Positions 14,894 to 22,879 of a stretch of DNA of 23,127 bases are shown here, one piece after another. Where the stretch lies: assembly GCA_043816185.1 (NCBI GenBank), contig JBDRIG010000093.1, forward strand, positions 1-23,127. Reading direction: 5' to 3'. Below the pieces are notes generated by a model. It made no database searches and was not told where the DNA came from. It saw only the letters and a program-made list of their open reading frames with translations. The stretch is from Elusimicrobiota bacterium. GTDB taxonomy: Bacteria > Elusimicrobiota > UBA8919. A program made the position numbers and the translations under genes. Position 1 is the stretch's first letter; every line of letters begins with the position of its first letter.

Positions 14894-17155
14894 ATGAATA
14901 AAAAAATTGTTTTGTTTTTTATGTGTTGGACGGTTGCTTTAACTTTGCTTTTTTCTCAAGATTTGAAACCAAAAAAAATTATGGCCATTGAGTTTTCAGG
15001 TTTAAGAAATGTTAAAGTACAAGCTGTAAAAGATGCTATAAAAATGAGCAAAGGCGACTTATTTAGTCAAAAATCCGTTGATGAAGATATTCTAAATATT
15101 TATAAACTTGGTTTTTTTTCAGACGTTGCGGTCGATGTTTCTGATTTCAAAGATGGTACAAAAATAACAATTATTTTGCAGGAAAAACTCATAGTAAAAA
15201 AAATTGACTTTAAGGGCAATAAAGAATTTTCCAATAGAAAATTAAAAGAAGAAATTTCTTCAAAAGAAAAAGAGGGTTATGATACTAGAAAAATTTTAGA
15301 CGATTGTAGTAAAATGACCATGCTTTACAAAGATAAAGGTTACGCTGATGTGAATATTGGAGATTTTTCAACCACCGACGATATAACTGGTTTTGCAACG
15401 GTTACCTTTGCAATTACCGAAGGTAAAAAAGTACTTATTGGCGATGTTACAATCGATAATGTAAAAAATTTTAAGGCAAAAAAAATTAAAAAACTTTTTA
15501 ATACCAAGAGAAAAAAGATTTATAAAGATGAAACTTTCAAAACCGATATTGAAAAAGTAGAATTATTTTACAAAGACCGTGGATATTTGGCTGTGAAAAT
15601 TGCCGAGCCAGAAATTACTTACAACGATACACTTACAAAAATGTTTATAAAAATTAAAATTGAGGAAGGGAGACAATACAAGAATGGAAAAGTAGATTTT
15701 TCGGGGAATATTGTAGTATCTTCGAACGATCTTCTAAAAGTTTTTAATTTTAAAAAAGGCGAAATTTTTAATCAATCCTTGTATGATGAGGGTAAGTTAA
15801 ATGTCAAGTCATTTTATGATGAGATTGGCTATATTCATGCAAAATTTTCCGAAAATTTGGATAAAAACGACGAAACAGGTATTGTAAATTCACTTTTCAC
15901 AATTATCGAAAACGACATTGTTTATATCGATAAGATTTATATTGACGGTAATACCAAAACAAAGGAATATGTAATAAAAAGAGAACTTCTTGTAAAGGAA
16001 GAGGATGTTTTTGCTGTAGGAAAAATTAGAAAAAGCCAAGAGCGGCTCTACAATCTTGGATTTTTTAAGGATGTAAAGGTTGATATAGAGCAAGCAAGTC
16101 AACCAAACAAAGCCAATCTTATCATTGATGTCGAAGAAGATAGAACAGGGCTTGTTTCTCTCGGTGCGGGATATTCCTCGGTTAACAAAGTCGTGGGCAC
16201 ACTTCAAGTTACAGAATTAAATCTTTTTGGCAGAGGGCAAAAGTTGAATCTTACATACGAGTTTGGTTCCCGTCGGCAAAATTATGAAATCAGGTTTACC
16301 GAACCATATTTTTTTAGAAAAAAACTTTCATTTGGGGCAGATATTTTTAATACAAGCGTCTGGAGAAATTATGGTAACGATTCTACTGCTTACAGAGAAA
16401 AAAGAAGTGGTGGCGACATAAGAATTGGAAAACCGTTTTCTAATATTTCCGCTATTAATTTTATTTACACATACGAAGAGGTAGAAGTTTTTGATATAGA
16501 TAGTGATTTAGTTGGTCAAATAACTGCTTCAAAAGATGTTTCGTCTTCATTAACGTCCGTAATCAGTTATGATACAAGGGATAATGTGTTTGATACAAAC
16601 AGGGGTTCTAAACATTCACTTTCAGTAAAACTTGCAGGTGGTCCTTTAGGTGGAACTATCAATTTTTATAAACCAACATTAACAGCATCAAAGTTTATTC
16701 CAACACTTTGGAAATTTGTATTTGGATTTAATTCACAAATATCATATGTTAAGGAATTTTCACCGTCGGGAGAAGTTCCTATTTACGAAAGGTATTTTTT
16801 AGGTGGAGCCGATACGGTGCGTGGCTATGATTTTGGAGAAATAGGACCATCTGAAAAAGGGAAAATAATTTTTGTATCTAATTTGGAGTACAAATTTCCA
16901 CTTGTTCAGGAAAAAGGACATTCTATCTTATCCGCTGCGATATTTGCCGATATAGGTGGTTCTTGGAGTAATAGTGAAGATGTGAATTTAGAAATTGGTT
17001 CAGAAGAAAACCAACTTAAATCTGGTGCAGGGTTTGGCATTCGCATAAGACCGATGCCAGTTTTGCCTATTAGAATTGATTGGGGATATGGATTCAATCA
17101 TAAGTCTGGAGAACAATTATCACAATTTTATTTTACAATGGGACAGGTATTTTAG
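14894..17155 (+). CDS. bamA: Outer membrane protein assembly factor BamA
   Basis: Start ATG 14894 (MNKKIVLFF). Five POTRA-like domains ('IYIDGNTKTKEYVIKREL', 'SQERLYNLGFF'), 'NLFGRGQ', 'ERYFLGGADTVRGY', C-terminal 'FYFTMGQVF'. Confidence 0.96.
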   Translation: MNKKIVLFFMCWTVALTLLFSQDLKPKKIMAIEFSGLRNVKVQAVKDAIKMSKGDLFSQKSVDEDILNIYKLGFFSDVAVDVSDFKDGTKITIILQEKLIVKKIDFKGNKEFSNRKLKEEISSKEKEGYDTRKILDDCSKMTMLYKDKGYADVNIGDFSTTDDITGFATVTFAITEGKKVLIGDVTIDNVKNFKAKKIKKLFNTKRKKIYKDETFKTDIEKVELFYKDRGYLAVKIAEPEITYNDTLTKMFIKIKIEEGRQYKNGKVDFSGNIVVSSNDLLKVFNFKKGEIFNQSLYDEGKLNVKSFYDEIGYIHAKFSENLDKNDETGIVNSLFTIIENDIVYIDKIYIDGNTKTKEYVIKRELLVKEEDVFAVGKIRKSQERLYNLGFFKDVKVDIEQASQPNKANLIIDVEEDRTGLVSLGAGYSSVNKVVGTLQVTELNLFGRGQKLNLTYEFGSRRQNYEIRFTEPYFFRKKLSFGADIFNTSVWRNYGNDSTAYREKRSGGDIRIGKPFSNISAINFIYTYEEVEVFDIDSDLVGQITASKDVSSSLTSVISYDTRDNVFDTNRGSKHSLSVKLAGGPLGGTINFYKPTLTASKFIPTLWKFVFGFNSQISYVKEFSPSGEVPIYERYFLGGADTVRGYDFGEIGPSEKGKIIFVSNLEYKFPLVQEKGHSILSAAIFADIGGSWSNSEDVNLEIGSEENQLKSGAGFGIRIRPMPVLPIRIDWGYGFNHKSGEQLSQFYFTMGQVF

Positions 17156-17167
17156 GAGAAAAAAACA

Positions 17168-18178
17168 GTGACACATTTATATATTTATACGAAAAATAAG
17201 ATTGGTGATGTGCTTATTTTACACAGAAAAACTTTATCATTCTATCGCAATATCACCATTGCTACTTTGTGTCGCCACATTGCCACCGTTGTTTTATTAT
17301 TTATCGCCTTATCATCTTATCGTCCTACCACATGTCTCTACGGTGCCACAATTTCAAATCAGCGTGTTGGATGTGTGGATATGAATCGCATTATGGAGGA
17401 ATATCCTGAAGCAAAAAAAATTAAGGATGAATTATCGGCAGACCTCAGTATGCGTAAAAAAAATATAAAAAATTTTGAAGCGCAGATTGACTTAGTAGAA
17501 TTGGAAATTAAGCAGATGGAAGAGCAATTTCAAAAATATAACGAAGAACAAAAAAAAATCAAAGAAAATCAAAATAAGATACCCATAGTTACAACGACAG
17601 ATATATCATCTTCTACATGCACGGACATTGTTGACGCTGCTGTTGAATCTTCTAAAGAAGATATCGTCGTTAAATCTTCATCTGAGGCCATAACTCAAAT
17701 ATCGTCTTCTACAGGCACGGACATTGTTGATGCTGCCGTTGAACCTTCTGAAGAAGATGTTGTTAGGTCTTCATCTGAGACTATAGCTCAAACACTATCT
17801 TCTACAGAAAACACCGTTGTCGAATCTTCCATAGAAGACATTGCTGTTGAGTCTTCCGAAGAAGATGCTGTTGTTAAGCCTTCGTCTAAGTTTATAGCTC
17901 AAATATCATCTCCGACATTTACAATTGAGGACATAGAGGCAAAAGAAATCGCATTAGAAGAACAAAAAAGCGATCTTGAAAAATATATTATCGTCACAAA
18001 ACAGGAAGAGAAAACAATAAACAGCAAAGTAAAAAAAAAGATAATGGGAAAAATTTATGACATTATAAAAGAGACCTGTGATGCGGAGGGGCTTACTGTA
18101 TTGGTCGATTCTTGCAATCTTATTTATGGTGAGGACGCACAAGATATAACCGAAAAAGTTCTAAAGAAGTTGAAATAA
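17168..18178 (+). CDS. skp: Skp/OmpH periplasmic chaperone with a large acidic Ser/Thr-rich repeat insertion
   Basis: SD aggag plus GTG, directly after bamA. 'RVGCVDMNRIMEEYPEAKK', coiled coil, C-terminal 'IYDIIKETCDAEGLTVLVD...LIYGEDAQDITEKVLKKLK'. Confidence 0.85.
   Translation: MTHLYIYTKNKIGDVLILHRKTLSFYRNITIATLCRHIATVVLLFIALSSYRPTTCLYGATISNQRVGCVDMNRIMEEYPEAKKIKDELSADLSMRKKNIKNFEAQIDLVELEIKQMEEQFQKYNEEQKKIKENQNKIPIVTTTDISSSTCTDIVDAAVESSKEDIVVKSSSEAITQISSSTGTDIVDAAVEPSEEDVVRSSSETIAQTLSSTENTVVESSIEDIAVESSEEDAVVKPSSKFIAQISSPTFTIEDIEAKEIALEEQKSDLEKYIIVTKQEEKTINSKVKKKIMGKIYDIIKETCDAEGLTVLVDSCNLIYGEDAQDITEKVLKKLK
17603..17920 (+). repeat. Intragenic ~96-bp (31-32 aa) imperfect tandem repeats in skp
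   Basis: ISSSTCTDIVDAAVESSKEDIVVKSSSEAITQ (17603) / ISSSTGTDIVDAAVEPSEEDVVRSSSETIAQ (17699), plus a degenerate third unit. Confidence 0.85.
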
Positions 18179-18237
18179 GATTTGATATAAAAAATGGTGA
18201 TATAGTTTTTATATATCAACGTATCGACGGAATTTGT

Positions 18238-19326
18238 ATGGAAAAGACATTAAAAGAAATTGCGGAAATATCAGGTGGTGAAGTTTTTGGCAGTGGCGAC
18301 AGTGGTGACGAAAATATAATTATTACAAATGTAGCAGGAATTGTTGAGGCAAAAAAAGGAGATATTACTTTCGTTGCTAATCCAAAATACGAGCAATATA
18401 TTAGTTCAACAAATGCATCTGCAATAATAATATCTGAAAATCAAAAAGACAAAGTTAAAATTCCCGCTATCATTTCAAAAAACCCATACCTTTCATATGC
18501 AAAAATAATTATGTTCATTGCCAAAGAAATAGAGAAACATCCGTCGGGAATTTCCCTACAAGGGTTCGCTATGACGGGAAAGGAGCCCATTCGAGCTAAA
18601 AATTATTCGATTTCTAAATTGGCAAAAATAGGTGAAAATGTAACAATTTCAGATTTTGTTGTGATTGATGAAGATGCACAAATCGATAACGAGACAATTA
18701 TTTATCCCAATTGTTATATCGGCAGAAATTCAAAAATAGGAAAAAAGTGTCTAATATATCCGAATGTCACAATAAGAGAAAATGTAATTATTGGCGATAA
18801 TGTGATAATTCATTCGGGATCGGTTATTGGTTGTGATGGGTTTGGATATATACAGGATAACGGTTCTTTGAAAAAAATTCCTCAAATAGGAATTGTTGAA
18901 ATTGCCGACGATGTGGAAATAGGTGCAAATGTCACAATTGATAGGGCAACGACTGGAAAAACATTTATTGGGCGTGGTACAAAAATTGATAATCTTGTCC
19001 AAATTGCCCACAATGTTTGTGTTGGTGAAAATTCCATAATCGTTTCGCAAGCAGGAATTTCGGGTAGCACAAAAATAGGAAACGGTGTTACAGTTGCAGG
19101 CCAGGCGGGACTCGTAGGGCATATTACCGTCGGTGATGGAGCAATAATCGCTGCACAATCAGGGGTTATTGGCGATGTTGCGCCTCGTGAAGTTGTTTCT
19201 GGATATCCAGCAAGGCCTCATAAACAGGCAATGAAAATTTATGCATTAATACAAAAACTTCCGCAATTATTTGAAGAAATTAAAAAACTCAAAACGCAGT
19301 TAACTGTGGATAAAAAATGCAAATGA
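18238..19326 (+). CDS. lpxD: UDP-3-O-(3-hydroxyacyl)glucosamine N-acyltransferase
   Basis: 'AKKGDITFVANPKY', hexapeptide repeats, 'IGCDGFGY', 'KIPQIG.V.I.DDVEIGANVTIDRA', 'TKIDNLVQIAHNV', 'GYPARP'. Confidence 0.97.
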   Translation: MEKTLKEIAEISGGEVFGSGDSGDENIIITNVAGIVEAKKGDITFVANPKYEQYISSTNASAIIISENQKDKVKIPAIISKNPYLSYAKIIMFIAKEIEKHPSGISLQGFAMTGKEPIRAKNYSISKLAKIGENVTISDFVVIDEDAQIDNETIIYPNCYIGRNSKIGKKCLIYPNVTIRENVIIGDNVIIHSGSVIGCDGFGYIQDNGSLKKIPQIGIVEIADDVEIGANVTIDRATTGKTFIGRGTKIDNLVQIAHNVCVGENSIIVSQAGISGSTKIGNGVTVAGQAGLVGHITVGDGAIIAAQSGVIGDVAPREVVSGYPARPHKQAMKIYALIQKLPQLFEEIKKLKTQLTVDKKCK

Positions 19327-19368
19327 TAATAAATTATCGACGGTAATCTGTGTGTAAATGGAGCGACG

Positions 19369-20685
19369 ATGAATAAACAAAAAACAATTTCAAAAGAAAT
19401 TTCTTATTCAGGCACAGGGCTTCATACGGGTAACAATGTTTTAATTAAATTAAAACCTGCACAGGAAAATACGGGAATAATTTTTATAAGAACCGATTTA
19501 CCAGATAACCCTAAAATAAAAGCAGATATTTCAAACGTTCTTATAACCGTGCGAGGTACGACCATTGGGCTTGATGAAAAAATAGCCGTTCATACAGTAG
19601 AACATCTTCTGGCAACATTATTTGTTTTTGGTATTGACAATTTGATAATTGAAATGGATTCCAACGAACCGCCAATTGCCGACGGTAGTGCCTTACCTTT
19701 TATTGAACTTATAAAAAATGCTGGAATAACCGAACTTTTAGCGGAAAAAAAATATTTCAATCTTTCGAGCCCAGTTGTTTATAGAAATGACGATATTCTT
19801 ATAACCGCAACTCCTTGTGACAAATTTCATATTTCTTGTACGATTATTTATAACCACCCGCTATTAAAAACTCAGTTTCTATCTCTTGATATAACCCAAG
19901 AAATTTTTGAAAAGGAAATTGCACCAGCTAGAACTTTCTGCTTTGATTACGAAATCGAGGCACTTAAAAATAAAGGACTTGCAAAAGGTGGTTCGTTAGA
20001 AAATGCCATAGTAATAGGTGCAAAAAAGATTTTTAGTGAATTGCGTTTTGACGATGAATTTGTACGACACAAAATTCTTGATTTAATTGGCGATATTTCA
20101 CTTCTGGGAAATTTTTCTGAATTAGAAATTTCTGCGATAAAATGTGGCCATAAGAATAATATAGAATTTGCGAAAAAAATTGCTTTAAGTCAAAAAAATT
20201 CAACTACGCCTTCTTCAGGAAAACCATTGTGGCAAATACCCGACGGTAAAATGATTGACATTAATGAAATAAAAGCAACTATTCCGCACAGATATCCGTT
20301 TCTTTTTATTGATAAGGTAATTTTGGTTGAAGAAGTAAAAAGAGCAGTCGGAATAAAAAATATATCTATTGGAGAACAATTTTTTCAAGGGCATTTTCCT
20401 GAACAGCCGATAATGCCAGGAGTGTTGATTGTGGAGGCGTTGGCACAGACCGCCTGTGTTTTATTTTTATCAAAGCCAGAATTGAAAAGTAAAAAACTCG
20501 CATACTTTATGTCAATAAATAATGTAAAATTTCGCAAACCGGTTTTTCCTGGCGATGCACTTTATCTTGATGTTGAAGTGTTAAAAGCAAGACAGACGAC
20601 TGGAATAATACGAGGATGTGCTTTTGTGAACGGAAAACCTGTAACGGAAGCCGAGTTTACATTTATGTTAGTCGATAAACCCTAA
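19369..20685 (+). CDS. lpxC-fabZ: Bifunctional LpxC deacetylase / FabZ 3-hydroxyacyl-ACP dehydratase fusion
   Basis: LpxC 'GTGLHTG', 'TVEHLLA', 'EPPIADGSA', 'IAPARTF', 'EFVRHKILDLIGD'. FabZ 'IPHRYPFLFIDKV', 'FFQGHFPEQPIMPGVLIVEALAQ', 'FRKPVFPGD'. Confidence 0.97.
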   Translation: MNKQKTISKEISYSGTGLHTGNNVLIKLKPAQENTGIIFIRTDLPDNPKIKADISNVLITVRGTTIGLDEKIAVHTVEHLLATLFVFGIDNLIIEMDSNEPPIADGSALPFIELIKNAGITELLAEKKYFNLSSPVVYRNDDILITATPCDKFHISCTIIYNHPLLKTQFLSLDITQEIFEKEIAPARTFCFDYEIEALKNKGLAKGGSLENAIVIGAKKIFSELRFDDEFVRHKILDLIGDISLLGNFSELEISAIKCGHKNNIEFAKKIALSQKNSTTPSSGKPLWQIPDGKMIDINEIKATIPHRYPFLFIDKVILVEEVKRAVGIKNISIGEQFFQGHFPEQPIMPGVLIVEALAQTACVLFLSKPELKSKKLAYFMSINNVKFRKPVFPGDALYLDVEVLKARQTTGIIRGCAFVNGKPVTEAEFTFMLVDKP

Positions 20686-20693
20686 AATGCAGA

Positions 20694-20851
20694 GTAGGCA
20701 TGGTTTATAACCGTGTCGTGTGCCAGTTGTTTGCGACCGCGCAGCCTTCGACAATCTCGGTGTAGCGGTTAGGATTGCAATCCCACGGCAAGTCGCATAG
20801 CAATGCGACCGCAACAGTCGTTGCTGTTGTAGGCACGGTTTGTAACCGTGC
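20694..20851. repeat. Cluster of GTAG-tagged REP-like hairpins
   Basis: GTAGGCATGGTTtatAACCGTGTC (20694-20717) and GTAGGCACGGTTtgtAACCGTGC (20829-20851) in direct orientation. They flank an inverted doublet tGTAGCGGT...ACCGCAACa (20761-20816) with internal palindromes ggattgcaatcc and gtcgcatagcaatgcgac. Confidence 0.8.
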
Positions 20852-20935
20852 AAGATTTATACTTCTTTGCCACTGTTATGGTGGTAGTTTTGTGTCGGTC
20901 TCGCATGCGAATTTCACGTACGAACGGAGTGAACA

Positions 20936-21733
20936 ATGATTCATCCAACTGCAATAATAGACGAGTCAGCAAAAATTGAAAAAAATGTTGAAATTGGGCC
21001 TTATGCCATTATTGGTAAAAATACTATTTTATCAAGTGGGGTAAGTGTTGGAGCATTTACCGTTATTGAATATGCTAAAATTGGTAAAAATTGCAAAATT
21101 TTTTCTTCTGCATTTATAGGTGTCGCTCCTCAGGATTTAAAATATCAAAATGAGCCAACAGAGGTTATAATTGGAGATAATTGTATTATTCGAGAGTGTG
21201 TAACAATTAGCAGAGGAACATTGGCACACGGACACGGACTAACTAAAATTGGTAGCAATTGTCTTTTTATGACATATTCGCACGTTGCTCATGACTGTAT
21301 CGTTGGTGACAATGTAATTATGGCAAATTGTGCAACACTTGCAGGGCACGTTGAAATAGAGGATTTTGTGGTCATTGGTGGATTGGTTGCAATTCACCAG
21401 TTTGTAAAGATTGGAAGATTTTCTATGCTCGGAGGTGGAGCAATGGTTGTGCTTGATATTCCACCATTTTGTCAGGCACAGGGTGATAGAGCAAAATTGG
21501 TCGGTTTAAATTTAATTGGAATTAAAAGACATGGATTTACTGAAAAACAGATTAGAGACATTAAATCAGCATACAAAACCATTTTTATATCAGATATTAC
21601 CGTCGCAGAAGCAGTTGATCAACTTGAGGCATCAAAACCATTAAAAGAGGTTAAAGAATTTATTGATTTTATAAAAAATTCAAAAAGAGGAATAACAAGA
21701 CCTGGACGAATGCCGAAAAATAATATCGAATAA
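20936..21733 (+). CDS. lpxA: Acyl-ACP--UDP-N-acetylglucosamine O-acyltransferase
   Basis: 'MIHPTAIID', 'PQDLKY', 'IRECVTISRGT', 'SHVAHDC', 'LAGHV', 'HQFVKIG', 'GLNLIG.KR'. Confidence 0.97.
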   Translation: MIHPTAIIDESAKIEKNVEIGPYAIIGKNTILSSGVSVGAFTVIEYAKIGKNCKIFSSAFIGVAPQDLKYQNEPTEVIIGDNCIIRECVTISRGTLAHGHGLTKIGSNCLFMTYSHVAHDCIVGDNVIMANCATLAGHVEIEDFVVIGGLVAIHQFVKIGRFSMLGGGAMVVLDIPPFCQAQGDRAKLVGLNLIGIKRHGFTEKQIRDIKSAYKTIFISDITVAEAVDQLEASKPLKEVKEFIDFIKNSKRGITRPGRMPKNNIE

Positions 21734-21748
21734 AACAAAAAAAACTTT

Positions 21749-22537
21749 ATGTTGGGACTTATTGCAGGGAATGGTAATTTTCCATTAATTTTTATAAAAC
21801 AGGCAAAAAAAAAAGATGAAAAAATTGTTGTTGTTGCTCTTTATGACGAGACAGACAAATCGATAGAAACACTCGCCGACAAAACATATTGGATAAACGT
21901 AGGTCAACTTTCAAAACTCATCGAAATCCTTAAAAAAGAAAATATTACAAAATGCGTTATGGCGGGACAGGTTAAGCACGCAAAACTTTTTTCTGTCAAG
22001 CCAGATTTCAAAGCAATCTCACTCCTCGCAAAACTCAAATCAAAAACTGCCGATTCGTTGCTTTCAGCTGTCTGTGATGAATTAAAAAAAGAGGGAATCG
22101 AGTTTTTACCTTCCAACACTTACCTTTCTGATTTTTTAGCAAAAAAAGGAATACTTACAAAAATAAAACCTGATAAATCGCAAAGAGAAGATATTGATTT
22201 TGGTTATAAAATAGCAAAGGAAATTGCAAAACTTGACATAGGGCAAACAGTTTGCATTAAAGATAAATCAATAGTTGCGGTTGAGGCGATGGAGGGAACA
22301 GACGAATGTATTAAGAGGGCAAGCAAAATTACGAGCAATTTTGTTGTCGTAAAAGTAGCCCGCCCGAAACAAGATATGAGATTTGATATACCCATCATCG
22401 GCTTAAAAACAATTGAAACACTGAGAGAATCAAAAGTATCAGTCCTTGCGGTGGAGTCAGATAAAACACTTATTCTTGAAATTGATGAAGTCATAAAAAA
22501 ATCCGACGAGTATAAAATTTGTATAGTCGGTGTTTAA
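21749..22537 (+). CDS. lpxI: UDP-2,3-diacylglucosamine diphosphatase LpxI (DUF1009)
   Basis: 'LGLIAGNGNFP', 'LDIGQTV', 'AVEAMEGTD', 'PKQDMRFDIPIIG'; follows lpxA. Confidence 0.93.
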   Translation: MLGLIAGNGNFPLIFIKQAKKKDEKIVVVALYDETDKSIETLADKTYWINVGQLSKLIEILKKENITKCVMAGQVKHAKLFSVKPDFKAISLLAKLKSKTADSLLSAVCDELKKEGIEFLPSNTYLSDFLAKKGILTKIKPDKSQREDIDFGYKIAKEIAKLDIGQTVCIKDKSIVAVEAMEGTDECIKRASKITSNFVVVKVARPKQDMRFDIPIIGLKTIETLRESKVSVLAVESDKTLILEIDEVIKKSDEYKICIVGV

Positions 22538-22747
22538 AATTTTTAATGTAGTATGACCATTTATTTTTGTAAATCCAATCTCTAATTGCAAGGCATATAT
22601 TTTTAGTCGCTTGCGTTTGTGTGCATTGTAATATCTTTCAATTACCCTCTTTTGTGCAAAATATACACGACACCATTTTCTTTCATAATTTCTTTTTATC
22701 TCACATCAAAAGGACAAAGAAAAAGAGTGGGATGTGGTTGACTTGGT

Positions 22748-22756
22748 TGGTATAAT
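22748..22756 (+). promoter_or_regulatory. Possible extended -10 promoter (TGnTATAAT)
   Basis: tggtataat at 22748-22756; no well-spaced -35 element and the target gene lies outside the window. Confidence 0.25.
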
Positions 22757-22788
22757 TGATTGACATAAGCAGTAGTTTGTAGCATCTT

Positions 22789-22810
22789 GTAGACACGGTT
22801 TTAACAGTAC
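22789..22810 (+). repeat. Degenerate GTAG REP copy
   Basis: gtagacacggttttaacagtac resembles GTAGGCACGGTTtgtAACCGTGC at 20829. Confidence 0.5.
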
Positions 22811-22879
22811 GTGGCGAGAGACGGCTTTAATAGTGCTGGGTAGTGTGGGACAGTGCAGTGCGGTATTGGGCAGTGCGTT

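Noticed and set aside
18182..18219. AT-rich inverted repeat between skp and lpxD as a terminator
   Set aside because: The stem is weak and almost all A/T with no proper U-tract, and it lies mid-operon.
20668..20972. Minus-strand ORFs across the fabZ-lpxA spacer
   Set aside because: They are translations of REP repeats (HGYKPCL occurs twice).
551..22494. Many short minus-strand and alternate-frame ORFs overlapping long genes (e.g. 551-754, 5139-5423, 7005-7475, 13232-13594, 18751-19158, 22204-22494)
   Set aside because: They are shadows of well-supported + strand genes and carry no recognisable motifs.
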